This document shows, one piece after another, positions 44,295 through 55,445 of a stretch of 64,000 bases of DNA. The stretch's first letter is position 1. The number at the start of each line of letters is the position of its first letter. The DNA comes from Corallochytrium limacisporum Hawaii (Eukaryota; Protista; Pluriformea). A program made the position numbers and the translations under genes. Under the pieces are notes generated by a model. The model did not search any database and had not been told where the DNA came from. It worked only from the letters and a program-made list of their open reading frames with translations. The stretch is taken from contig PDIP01000009.1 of assembly GCA_002811645.1 (NCBI GenBank), positions 1-64,000 of the forward strand, given 5' to 3'.

Positions 44295-46112
44295 TCAATC
44301 AGTGGCATCGAGGAAGAAGTAGTTACCGGTAGACTTCTGCTCCCTGTCCTTGACGGACTCGAACTTATTGATGCGAGGACGGTGATTCGTAGGATCACGA
44401 CGGAAAGTAATATCCAAGGACTGCAAAAACTTATTCATACCAGTCAGCAGAGTCTGAGGCTCCCGGGCGCATGCATCCACACCGGGCTCACCGTCAAAGA
44501 CAATCACCTTGTCGGCGAGATAGGTGGCCATAATGAAATCGTGCTCGACAATGAATCCAGTCTTCTTTGAGTGGAGAATGAATCGCTTGATAACCTTCGC
44601 TGCGGTGATACGCTGCTCAGAATCTAGGTAGGCACTGGGCTCATCAATCAGGTAGATATCAGCGGGCTGTCCCAAAGCAAGGGTCAGTGCAACACGTTGC
44701 AATTCACCACCTGACAAATGCGCCACATCCTGATCGAAAAGCGCAGCCACATTCATGGGCTTCACGACATCTGTCACGAACTGAGGATGCACGTAGGCAT
44801 CGCGAATCTTCTTGTGCAGCAAAGCGCGCACACTACCCGGGAACTTGGGAGAAATCTTCTGTGGTTTGTAGCTAACGTTCAGGGAAGGAATCTCAGCCTT
44901 TTCGTCATCGGGTTTAAGCAGACCGGCCATCATACGGATGAACGTAGTCTTACCGGTACCGTTTTCGCCCAACATTACAATAATCTCAGAGTCCGAGAAG
45001 GAGCCACCTTCAATGGTTAGCTTGAAGCTACCCAAAGTCTTGGTCATCGCGGGCCATTCATACATGGCATTCTTCTTTAGCTCACCAAACTCGTCAGCGC
45101 TTTCGGCAACCTTGAAGGTCAGAGAAGCCTCACGGAACCGAAGGTTCTCCGTAGGAATGAAACCGTCAAGGAAGACGTTGATGCCCTCGCGAACACTGAA
45201 GGGAAGAGTCACTACACCGTACGCACCGGGCATACCGTACAAACAGCAGACAAAGTCGCTGAGATAGTCCAACACAGACAGATCGTGCTCGACGACAATA
45301 ACGAAGTCATCATTACGCAGCAAGCTGCGGATGGTACGGGCAGCCTTGAGGCGCTGCTTGACATCGAGATAAGAGGATGGTTCATCGAACATATAGACAT
45401 CAGCAACCTGAACACACACGACAGCAATAGCGAAACGTTGCAGTTCGCCACCAGACAGCTGCGTAACGTCACGCTCCATGACGTGCTTCAGATCAAGAAT
45501 GTCCAGGTACTCATCATACTCCTTTTCATCAATCTCACACTTTTTGGACAGAATATCTGTCACTGTTCCCTTAACGGCACGAGGAATGTGGTCGACGTAC
45601 TGAGGCTTGATGATAGCCTTCAAGTCATCCTCAAGGACCTTAGTGAAGTAGTTCTGCAACTCGCTACCTCGGAAGTACGTCAGAATTTCTTCCCAGTCTG
45701 GAGGATCATCAAACCGACCCAAATTCGGTTTCTGCTTGCCGGCGAGAATCTTCAGAGCAGTAGATTTACCAATACCGTTGGTACCAACCAAACCCAGAAC
45801 CTGACCCGGACGAGGCACCGGCAAACGATGCAGCTTAAAACTGTTGGCACTATAGCGATGCGTCGTAGAAGACTCCAAGTTACTAGGCAGATTGATAATG
45901 TTGATGGCCTCGAATGGGCATTTCTTTACGCAAATACCGCAACCAATGCAGAGCTCTTCAGAAATGAAGGCAATCTTGCTAGCGGGCGTGACCTCAATAC
46001 ACAGCTTTCCCTGACGGTTGACGGGGCAGCTCCGCTTGCATTCCTGCCGACATTTCTTCGGCTTGCACTTGTCACCATTGACAATGGCAATACGCGTCAA
46101 CTTGTCAGACAT
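44295..46112 (-). CDS. ABCE1: ABCE1/RLI1 ribosome recycling factor (605 aa from [11 protein letters not shown])
   Basis: Fe-S motifs [15 protein letters not shown] and [12 protein letters not shown]; two ABC domains ([26 protein letters not shown] twice). Confidence 0.98.
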   Translation of the reverse strand: MSDKLTRIAIVNGDKCKPKKCRQECKRSCPVNRQGKLCIEVTPASKIAFISEELCIGCGICVKKCPFEAINIINLPSNLESSTTHRYSANSFKLHRLPVPRPGQVLGLVGTNGIGKSTALKILAGKQKPNLGRFDDPPDWEEILTYFRGSELQNYFTKVLEDDLKAIIKPQYVDHIPRAVKGTVTDILSKKCEIDEKEYDEYLDILDLKHVMERDVTQLSGGELQRFAIAVVCVQVADVYMFDEPSSYLDVKQRLKAARTIRSLLRNDDFVIVVEHDLSVLDYLSDFVCCLYGMPGAYGVVTLPFSVREGINVFLDGFIPTENLRFREASLTFKVAESADEFGELKKNAMYEWPAMTKTLGSFKLTIEGGSFSDSEIIVMLGENGTGKTTFIRMMAGLLKPDDEKAEIPSLNVSYKPQKISPKFPGSVRALLHKKIRDAYVHPQFVTDVVKPMNVAALFDQDVAHLSGGELQRVALTLALGQPADIYLIDEPSAYLDSEQRITAAKVIKRFILHSKKTGFIVEHDFIMATYLADKVIVFDGEPGVDACAREPQTLLTGMNKFLQSLDITFRRDPTNHRPRINKFESVKDREQKSTGNYFFLDATD

Positions 46113-47567
46113 AATGACAGTCGAGCTGTGAGTCCCGAATAGACAACTTTCACACTGGGAAAGGCTGTAGGATTTGATTCCCTTGGGACGCAAATAATCT
46201 CTAGTGTTCTTTGCTTCGCAACAGAGACCCATCTTTAAGGACCAGAATGTTTGTATTCACCAACTTTCTTTATGCACCAGTGTGTTCAATTTGGTTAGGG
46301 TCCTCCAACTTTTCCATGCTCCAACAAATCATTTCTTCAGTGTAACCAAAATCGGGATAAAGCCCTTTTCGCCGCGGATTAGCGCGTATTCACACAAGCG
46401 CGACCATCGTCGCTTTTGCCCACCACTACATCTTTCAGGATTATCGCCGTGGCCTTTGTTGTAAGCCTCCCCCATGTGGGAACCCTGCTGCTCTCCTTCC
46501 AGCGTACACCCAATGGCCCGGTCCACCAGACTCGAGCCAGATTTGTATTGCATAGTGAAAGTACCACAGCCTAAGGCCAAGACCACAATCTATACCGAAT
46601 GTACCGAGTGGCTGTCGCCCCATCTTCAGTACCAGAGACTTTGGATACAGAAAACTGTACTTTCACTATGGGAGCCCAAACCCAGGCGCTTCTGGACGCA
46701 GACGCAAAAGATCTCTCCCCCCCCCCTTCGCTCTTAGCAAAGCTTCCCGCGGTCGTGATTCGTTGCAATCGGGTTGCAACGGGGCGCTGTGCATTTGTGA
46801 CCGGCCCCCTCCCCGTGCGGGACGGAAGGCGTTTATGAAACATCCCAGCCGTCTTCTGAGCCCGCCCTGCCCTGATTCCGTCAATGGGATTGCACCCTAT
46901 GGATATTTTTTTTTCGAGTTTCTCAACCGCCCTCCCTCAACCGAAATCCCAGTCATTTTTTTTCCAAGCAACACCCCAACAAGCAAAAACATAAACTGCG
47001 GCCCAAACAGCTAATTTTTTTTTTCCAATAGCCACAGCTGGAGTTGTGAGCTAGAGCAAGGACGTTGTGTCGAGGGTTCCGAAGGAACGAAATGCCGGGC
47101 CAGCAGGAAGACGAGAGGCAGTTTTTTTCTTTTGGCTGGGTATTGCGACAGAGTACAGAGTAGGGACCGTGGGTTGGAAGTGTGCGCTGGGGGAGGGGGG
47201 TGCCGTTAAGGAGAGCCGTTCTTGTGGGCTGCCAAAAGTTCCCATAGGAGAGCCATTTCCCTATGGTGCTGGTCGACCACACTGTCCTGTTTTTGTGCAG
47301 TGGCATATCAGGGCCGCTGCAATGGGTGCCTGCTGTCAGAAAGGCTCAGTGACGCGTTCAGAAGTAGTGATCAGAATTAAAGAGAACCGGGAGTGCACAG
47401 CCTGGATAGGTTTATCAGGTGCAATGAAAGGCGTATGCGAACAGGTTCGGTTTGTTTCATACACGTCCCGCGAACCACAATTTGTCGGATATCGCACAAT
47501 CAACAGCCGTTCTCAGGCCAAAAAGTAGTAAAAACATGTCTCACATACCGTAGCCAGAAATTGCAAA

Positions 47568-50216
47568 ATGGGTCCAAATCGAAAGGACGTGGTCCAACAG
47601 ATTGTGGACATCTGTTCACCGGAGGACCCGGAAACAGCATTCACACAGCTCTCTGAGATCGGACGAGGTAGTTTCGGAAATGTTTATCGGGCGCTAACTA
47701 CTGCCAAAAGACCAGTGGCCATTAAGCAGATTTCTTTGCAGAATGCACAGAGCACAGAAGAGGTTCAGGAAATTTTGAAGGAACTACAGTTTGTCAGCGA
47801 ACATCGACATAGACATGTTGTGCATTTTGAGGGGGCATACTTCAAGCTGAACTGCTTGTGGCTGGTCCTGGAATTCTGTGCTGGAAGTGTCCAGGACATT
47901 TTAGAAGTAATGAAGGCTCCCTTGAAGGAGTGGGAAATTGCGACGATTACTGCAGCCACTCTGGATGCCCTTGCATTCTTGCATGAGAAGAAGGTGATTC
48001 ATCGGGATATTAAGGCGGGGAACATTCTCTTAAGCCAGGATGGAGGCGTACGATTAGCAGACTTTGGATCTGCCTCTCTAAACGCTACAGCAAACACTTT
48101 TATCGGGAGTCCTTACTGGATGGCACCCGAAGTTATCCTGGCCATGGAGGCAGGAACTTATAAGGATACGGTAGATATTTGGTCAATGGGAATCACATGC
48201 ATTGAGATGGCAGAGAAGAAGCCGCCGCTGTTTGAAATGCATGCAATGAGTGCGCTGTATCATATCCCTCAGAACGATCCACCTACTCTTAGGGATGCGA
48301 GTGCTTGGTCTCCATCATTCACTGACTTCCTTGGGCGCTGCCTGCAGAAGGAACCAGGCTCCCGCAGGCCGGCTGCAGAATTGCTGAACCACCAGTTTCT
48401 GGGACAAACCCGCGGAGAAGGAAGTTTGGTCGAGCTGATCCATGCTTCTCAACAGAAAGCTAGAGAAATCGATCTGGAAGAATTCAAAGAATGGAAGGCA
48501 GCACACGAGGATGGAGATACCATTAGCAATATCTCTGCTACCTCCACAGAGGATGATTTATCTTTGAGCGTGGGGTCGCTTAATATCAAGAACTCGCTGG
48601 ACGAGCTCGGAACCCCGAATGCGGGTTCTCAGGCATCTCTAGGCATAGACACAGTGGAACCGCATCTCTTATCAGTGAACGGCTCAACCAACGGTGTCGA
48701 AAAGGTCGGTCCTAATGGTGCACCTCCGCCTCTGCCGCCTCGTCGGCCGCACAGGAGGACAAAGAGTAATCTGTCGGGATTCTCCAGTCTGTCTATGCAC
48801 TCGAGTCCAGACACACCTTCGTCACCTGCGCCTAGCATTCCTCGGGCTCCGGAGCCAGGCATGGGCACTGTGCGGCCACAGAGAGCTATTCAACAGACAC
48901 AGGCCATGGATCACCTCAATGCATTCATGAAGATGCAACTCAAGGCCCTCACGCGGCTGCAAAAGCAGCAGCAGACTGCAATGTCAGGTCTGGAACGTAA
49001 GCATCAAAGTGCCCTACAGGAGGGACAGACCAAGCAAGATAAGGAGCTTGCGGAGCTGAAACGGACCACTCAGAATGAAGTGAACAAGTTGACGAACAAG
49101 CAAACAACGGAGGTTGACAAAACAAAGCGTGCGGAGCAAGATGCTCTCGAAAGTGCCGTGCGGAGGTTGAAAAGGCAACAGAAAGACACAAACAAGGAAT
49201 ATGATCTCCAGCTCAATCAATGGTACAAGCTGGAGAAGGAGCGCCGATATGTCTCTCTCACTCCAGCAGAGTTGCGAAAGAAGGCGTCTAAGCAACAAAT
49301 CAAAGACCAAATCAAATTGGACATGGAGGAGAAGAAGGTCAATCATCAGCAGCGGCAGCAGGACTTCATTGAAAAGGAGGTGCGAAGTATCGCGATTTCT
49401 AATGTTCAAAAGCGCCATAGCATGGAACTGACCCATCTAGACTCCACGAAAGATCTGCGGAAAGGGCTTCACAACCAACTAGTCCAGGTTCAGACCAAGC
49501 ATGTCAACACCGAGAAGTCGCTGGCGACTACTCACCTCCTTGAGCGGCATGATCTGCAAATGAAGCAGCATCAAGAGCGTGCAGCATTGGAGAGGCGACA
49601 CCTGCAAGACAACCAAGAACGGGAAAAGCGTGAGATGGCCAAGAAACACGCTACTGAAAAGAAGCTCCGGCCAAAGCGTAACAAGCGCTTGAAAGAGCAG
49701 CTGAAGAAGCAGGCTCAAGAAGCACTGCGAATTCAAGCGAAGCAGTACAAGGCTCTGCAAAAGCAGCAACTGGAGACTGCTCCGAAAGGCAGTGAAGGTG
49801 ACCTGGTCTCCAGCTTGCAGACTGACCAAAATAAGAAGGCACTGAAGACGATGGCACAGTACAAGGCTCAGATTAAGCAAACCATTGCCGCTCAAGATGC
49901 TGCAAAGGACAAGCAGATGGAAGACGAATTGCACGATATGCAAGTACGCCACGTCCAAGAGGAGTCCGAACTGGAACGCCTGCAAGCTGGTAGGATCAAG
50001 ACTTTGATGACCAATCAAGATAACCAGAAGACTTTTACCAGGAACTACTACGAGGAGAAGTTGGGCGAAGTGAACGCCAAGGCCGCCGTGGAAGACTCAG
50101 AACTTGAGGAAGAGTTCCAACGAAAACGCCTGCAAATCCAAGAGCGCAGTCGCTTGGAGGTCATCGACCTTGAGCGCAATCAGGATGCTCTGGCCCTCTA
50201 CCACTCCATTAAGTAA
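47568..50216 (+). CDS. TAOK: TAO-family STE20 kinase with coiled-coil C-terminus (882 aa)
   Basis: EDPE..F..L.EIGRGSFG.VY, HRDIKAGNILL, LADFGSAS, ANTFIGSPYWMAPEVILAM, AEKKPPLF.M.AMSALYHIPQNDPPTL. Confidence 0.93.
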   Translation: MGPNRKDVVQQIVDICSPEDPETAFTQLSEIGRGSFGNVYRALTTAKRPVAIKQISLQNAQSTEEVQEILKELQFVSEHRHRHVVHFEGAYFKLNCLWLVLEFCAGSVQDILEVMKAPLKEWEIATITAATLDALAFLHEKKVIHRDIKAGNILLSQDGGVRLADFGSASLNATANTFIGSPYWMAPEVILAMEAGTYKDTVDIWSMGITCIEMAEKKPPLFEMHAMSALYHIPQNDPPTLRDASAWSPSFTDFLGRCLQKEPGSRRPAAELLNHQFLGQTRGEGSLVELIHASQQKAREIDLEEFKEWKAAHEDGDTISNISATSTEDDLSLSVGSLNIKNSLDELGTPNAGSQASLGIDTVEPHLLSVNGSTNGVEKVGPNGAPPPLPPRRPHRRTKSNLSGFSSLSMHSSPDTPSSPAPSIPRAPEPGMGTVRPQRAIQQTQAMDHLNAFMKMQLKALTRLQKQQQTAMSGLERKHQSALQEGQTKQDKELAELKRTTQNEVNKLTNKQTTEVDKTKRAEQDALESAVRRLKRQQKDTNKEYDLQLNQWYKLEKERRYVSLTPAELRKKASKQQIKDQIKLDMEEKKVNHQQRQQDFIEKEVRSIAISNVQKRHSMELTHLDSTKDLRKGLHNQLVQVQTKHVNTEKSLATTHLLERHDLQMKQHQERAALERRHLQDNQEREKREMAKKHATEKKLRPKRNKRLKEQLKKQAQEALRIQAKQYKALQKQQLETAPKGSEGDLVSSLQTDQNKKALKTMAQYKAQIKQTIAAQDAAKDKQMEDELHDMQVRHVQEESELERLQAGRIKTLMTNQDNQKTFTRNYYEEKLGEVNAKAAVEDSELEEEFQRKRLQIQERSRLEVIDLERNQDALALYHSIK

Positions 50217-50334
50217 GATTACATGCGTCTACGCCCACGTTGTGATCCATTTATGTTACGTTAAAAGAAAGAGTTTCCAATAATCCTTTCACCAATGCAC
50301 TCCAGTTCCGCCTCCCCTGTCTCGGATTTGGCGG

Positions 50335-50670
50335 ATGGCCATTCTTTGTACCTCCCCCTTCCGGAAATGGTTTTGTTTTTGCTTCCGGGTCCTTCCCACC
50401 ACCGTTCCTGGTGAAGGAGAGGGCCCTCTCACCGGCCAAGAGTACACCAAAGCCAAGAAACGGGGCGTTGCGAGGGCATCACAAGGTGTTGTATTGATAC
50501 GACATGAGTTTGACAGGGCTTCTGAATGTTGCATAACGAAATGTGGTAACGTCATGAATGCAACCAATGCATGTTCAGGCCTGAACGTATTTGAAGTCCT
50601 AGATCCGTCGGGACAAGCAACTATCTCACGTGAACAGTATCTAAAGAACTGTTTATTCTAGGATATTTGA
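50335..50670 (+). pseudogene. EF-hand relic resembling EFCAB10
   Basis: NVFEVLDPSGQATISREQYLK followed, after a frameshift, by ELFILG. The upstream part is degenerate or low quality. Confidence 0.33.
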
Positions 50671-50673
50671 AAT

Positions 50674-50952
50674 ATGGCAGGAAAAGGAGCGCGTCTTAGG
50701 GCTGTGAAGCAGGGTAACCGCGCCAAAGCCGGTGGCTCTGGTGCCCAGGTTGGCTTCCGTGATGACAGCTTGGGTCTGGTCGTGTAAGTATTCTTTTGGA
50801 GTCGAGGGACTGACAGGAACCGTTGCTAACTATTGCTAATTGATAATCACTTTCTTCTCATGTACAGTGGACCTCAGGTGGTTCTAATGGGCAGCCTCAT
50901 CTTCATTGGCTCGGTCTTCATGCTGCACATTTGGGGTAAGCTGATCGGATAG
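50674..50952 (+). CDS. SEC61B: Sec61 beta subunit, 2 exons (50674-50783, 50868-50952), 64 aa; absent from the ORF track
   Basis: Spliced product MAGKGARLRAVKQ...[37 protein letters not shown]. The 84-nt intron has GTAAGT, GCTAAC/GCTAAT branch-like sites, a pyrimidine tract and CAG, and contains an in-frame stop. Confidence 0.95.
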
Positions 50953-51719
50953 ATACATCATTATCTTGGGTATGATTCAGTCGTGATAATCTACGAGGGA
51001 AATGCCCAAACAATTGGCATATTTGTGCCCTCTTAGCCATTTCCTCCACACGAGAAAACAAATCGATTAGAAATATATTCAAAAGACGTAAGTATCAAGC
51101 ATACTGGATTTTCTATCCCCCTCACCCCTTCCTTTCATTCTGAGTTGTTTGTATTGATTCGACATTATAATCGTAACGCAGTGATTTGTCCCAGGCCTCA
51201 GAAACTCCGGAGCATCTCAAGGTGCCCGAAGAGGGGAGGAGGGGGCGGGGGCGGCGAGAGTGTTACGTCTGGCGGGCAATCAGCGTAATGCCTAAGAGTC
51301 GAAAGAAGGCCCACAGTGCTTGGGGACCTTCACCGTACACTCACTATGCACGCTATGTCCAACTCTATAGGTAGCCATCCTTATGTGCGCGCAGTGGAGC
51401 AAGAAACTGGGAGGCGTCATTGTACGGAGGCATTTGCATTTCGGTGTGCACGCTGTTGTGCGTGTTCGCTTGCTGGCTGCTTGTGCAGGTCCACAGGTTT
51501 CTGCATGCTTCAGCTAAGCCGTACTATCTTTCACTCTGGTTTTGCTTGCGTAGCGCTTTCGAAGAAACCTCCTGACGACTGTTGTAGTTGAACGCACCAT
51601 CGAATCTACATGTTCATTTCCCCCCGTTCCGGTTGCTCCGTTGCCGTTCGTTACCCCTTACGAATTGAATTTTTTGACCATTTCACCGTCAATGTATTGG
51701 GTATGCGGCGCCGGATCCA

Positions 51720-52747
51720 AGAGTACCCGTCCCCAGCCTTTCCCCGAGAAGAAAATGGCTTCGATGGAGTGTTGGAGAAGGTGCAACATTTGCGTGGGCT
51801 ACTGCAAGAGACATCGTCTTCTCTCAGCAAGCAGGTAGACCTTGGGCTCATTCGCCTTGACTGTGACCCCCTTAACAAGGCAATGGCAGATCAAGTTGCT
51901 GTTTTGTTCAATGAGGCCGTCGAAACTTTAGGAACTCTACTGCACAAGGAAGTTGCGCATCAGTGAAAAGAATATGGCATTCAATGGCGTTCTGATAATG
52001 TGGCCTAGCAGACTTGTGGGCATCATCCACAAGTGTCACGGTATGATGGAGGAAGCTAGGGTTGATGGAGAAGAGTCCTTGCGCACTCGTCGTAAAACAT
52101 TCGGTTCGCTTCAACCGCCTGCATGACTGTATTCATTGACATTCGCAAGGCCACGCAAGGTGTACTCGTCATGAGTGCTTCTCTGGAAGACGTTGCTAAT
52201 AGCATACTCATCGGCAAGGTGCCGAGTTTAATGGATGCGCAAGTCTTTCCCATCTCTGAAACCACTTGGATCCTACGTGTCAGACTTTCAAACCCATCTC
52301 CAGTTCCTTCAGAAGTGCAAGTCTTCTTTATACAGGTTTCTTCTTCACGCAATCATTTCTCACTGGTGTTCTTCAGAATTTCGCACGTAAACAGAAGTCG
52401 CCCAATGAAAAGCCCACTGAAGAACCCGAAGACAGCGCCTACTGCTACGGTTTGTTTTTGGACGGTGCCGGTTGGGATCGCACTAAGAAACCCTCTGTGT
52501 GAGTCGAAACCGAAGATTCTGTTTGACAAGATGCCCATCATTTGGTTCCGTCCAATTCATCAAGTCAAGAATTCGACCGAGGGCAAGCATGAATGCCCTG
52601 TGTACAAGACCTCAGCCCGTCGTGGTGTGTTGAGCACCATCGGTCACTACAAATTTTGTGCTATACATATGGTTGGACTGTGGGAATGCAACAGCTGGAC
52701 ACTGGAGCAAACGAGGCACTGACCTGCTATGCCAGCTTGGTGACTGA
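51720..52747 (+). pseudogene. Axonemal inner-arm dynein heavy chain (DNAH3/7/12 class) pseudogene: tail fragment plus frameshifted C-terminus
   Basis: Across frames: VDLGLIRLDCDPLNKAM; EEARVDG|EESLRT; VRFNRL; DIRKATQGVLVMSASLEDVANSI; [19 protein letters not shown]; [19 protein letters not shown]; YGLFLDGAGWD; ESKPKILFDKMPIIWFRP; CPVYKTSARRGVLSTIGH; TNFV; HWSKRGTDLLCQLGD-stop. It may begin further upstream (~51350). Confidence 0.9.
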
Positions 52748-53139
52748 TGGAGAGACTCCACAGAACGACATACATCACAGTCTTGACCATGAGACAGACG
52801 TGAGGAAATGATAGACAGATGTCATATGATGGCCATGATAAGGTCCATGCTGAATGCGATGTATTCTGTTGTTCTACGTGTGCAAAAGGGATTATGATAC
52901 AAAACTTCCCTTGGACTAGTGTAGTGCTTGATTGGAATGTGAATGGTGTGCTCATAATTCGAAACAGTGCAATGGTGCAGAGTTCGTTGTGTGAAAATTT
53001 CTTGATTGTCATGCAGAGCGTAATAAATGCCCCCATGTGCCCTTGAAAGTGATACTTATGTCATAGTCAGTGTGATATCTCTCGCCCTGAGAGTACTGCA
53101 TGGCACTTTGCCTTTTCTTTACCCAGTTCCGGAGCTCCT

Positions 53140-53970
53140 TTACTTGTCGATGCCCATGTTGAGGAGCATACCTCCGTTGCTGTTACCAGGCAGGTAAGTG
53201 ATGTTGCGGCTCCGCGATAGAACAGCCGCAATGTCCTTAGCGGCATCAATCTTACGCAGCTCAATCAGACCATCACCGCTCTCGACCAGAGCTTTGGAAA
53301 TCATCTCAGCGGCCTGAGAGTCACCCTCTGCGCGAATGATGCTAGCAAGCTTCTCCTGTTCGGCCTTCTCGACAAGGAAGCGCGCACGTTCAGCATCCTG
53401 CTGTGCTACCTGCTTCTGTTCGACGGCAGCAGTGAATTCCCGGCCGAAAGTCAAATGAGTAACCGAAATGTCATCCAGAATAATGTTGAAGGTCTTGGCA
53501 CGGGCGATCAGGGCTTCACGACACTTGCGGGACACCAGCTCACGCTGCGTAATCAGTTCAGCGGCATCAAATTGGGCAACAACTGCTTTCAACACTTCGT
53601 TACCAATGGAGGGCAGGACACGCTCATCGTAGTCAATTCCGAGCGTTTGGTAGATCGTGGGCAAAGCAGTGAGGTAAGGACGGTATAGGATACGTAGAGT
53701 AATCGAAACGTTCTGCAAATCCTTAGAACCAGTGACCGTGTTGATATTGCGCGGGCGGGTCCGGCAGTCGAAAATGATAGGGCGCTGGACACCGGGAATT
53801 AGAAAATGTGTTCCCTCACCGATAACATCGGGGCGGACACCGCGGAAGCGGTCAAAAATGACGGCACGGTGACCACCCTCAACATTGAACAGAGCAGTCT
53901 GCACGACACCACCGACTACGGCCAAGCTTACACCAAGCTTGCCGAGGCTTTCCAGAACTCGAGCAGCCAT
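53140..53970 (-). CDS. PHB1: Prohibitin-1 (276 aa)
   Basis: [72 protein letters not shown]. Confidence 0.98.
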   Translation of the reverse strand: MAARVLESLGKLGVSLAVVGGVVQTALFNVEGGHRAVIFDRFRGVRPDVIGEGTHFLIPGVQRPIIFDCRTRPRNINTVTGSKDLQNVSITLRILYRPYLTALPTIYQTLGIDYDERVLPSIGNEVLKAVVAQFDAAELITQRELVSRKCREALIARAKTFNIILDDISVTHLTFGREFTAAVEQKQVAQQDAERARFLVEKAEQEKLASIIRAEGDSQAAEMISKALVESGDGLIELRKIDAAKDIAAVLSRSRNITYLPGNSNGGMLLNMGIDK

Positions 53971-55445
53971 TTTGTTTATATTTTGTTAACCGAGATTCAC
54001 GCTATTCGTATCTATCCCAGACAATTTTGTGAGCACATACAGGAAATATCAATCCACAGATGTTTAGTGTCATAAGTACCAGAGAATTATGAAAGGCCAG
54101 GTATTGGGGAACTGAGACAATCAAACTGCCACGGGACAATTGCGGACACCTGGTGCAGAATCACCGGTGAAGACTGGAGCCAAGACATATCGCCCGAAGA
54201 AACTACACAACAAAAGCTGGCACTTTGGCCAGTGAACCACACGCACCCTCTCCACTACAGTCGTGTTACTTTCGGAACCCGGAAGGACATAATCAGCCAA
54301 GCGTATGCCACCGACCCAACTGCTGGCCATGTGGAGGAGGCCTGGAGGTTCTGGGGGCCCCTCGCTGCCCTCGCCTAAATCTTTTACCCTTCGCCTTCGC
54401 CTTCCCCCCTACCCCTCCTTTTTTTTTTCGTCCCCGTGCCTTCGTTTGCCCTATCCACGAAGTTTATGGTGCCGAAGGGGGCAGTGTGGCTTTTTTGTAT
54501 CAAGCACACTGTCTCCCGCAGTCTCCCCTTGTTGAACCCAGGACAAACACCACGCCGGTGGGCCTCTCAGTCCCAGGTCCGATCCCTCATGCCCACATGC
54601 CCACATCCTCTTACGCACACAGCGTACCGCACGCAGTACAAGAAGGGAAACTGAGTGACATACCAGGGTGCAAAACACAATTCACTTTGATTGCTGTTTT
54701 TTTCATTGTTCTCGATCGTTGGGAATGGAAACAAAATTTCTTGGTGTTTTGGGTGTCACAAGGTGGGCTGAGTTTTAATATACGGATTCTATTATTATTG
54801 ACTGAAACATACACATCTCTCTATTCTAAATTGGTACGTGTTGAAATTCTAGATACTGACATTTGTAAAATTAGCCAAGAAGTGGAATCTCCTGACTGCG
54901 GTTGGCCTATTATATATACTAACACTTCTATTTTGCGGCTCAACTTTTGGCATAAAAGGCTCGGAACAGTGGATAAGTCGGAAGTTCTATGTACGGAATA
55001 GTATGGAATTTTGTGAAGGAAATTAGTCATTGATACAGGTCGAAATTGCGGTCACCCGGCGAGATGCGGGGATATGCTATGGATGACGCAACAAAAGTAG
55101 GCCTCGACATCGGCAGTTGCGCGAATTATAGAGGTATTCAAGACCTTTCATGACCAGAGTAGCACTAGAATAGTAGGTACATGAACTTTGGCTCTCACAA
55201 GAGCCGAAGGTGACTTTGTTTTTGATGGTAAGTACGCATACGCAAATCAGACCAGGCGTCAGCTTTGCTCCCTTGCCTGCGCACACCGTTGAGCTTGCGC
55301 AGTTACGAGTGATGTGCACATAGTGGCATGAGGAGACATTCAGGGCGCCGAGATATCCTGTTCTAACTTCTTAAATTGAGAGACAGCCTCACTAACATTC
55401 TATATACCACTTCATCACCGTCCTAGACCCGGAACAGTTTGCTCT

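Noticed and set aside
4636-46112. Iron-themed cluster (OPT/YSL, ferritin, Fe-S ABCE1)
   Set aside because: The genes are tens of kb apart with unrelated housekeeping genes between them, and no shared motif was seen.
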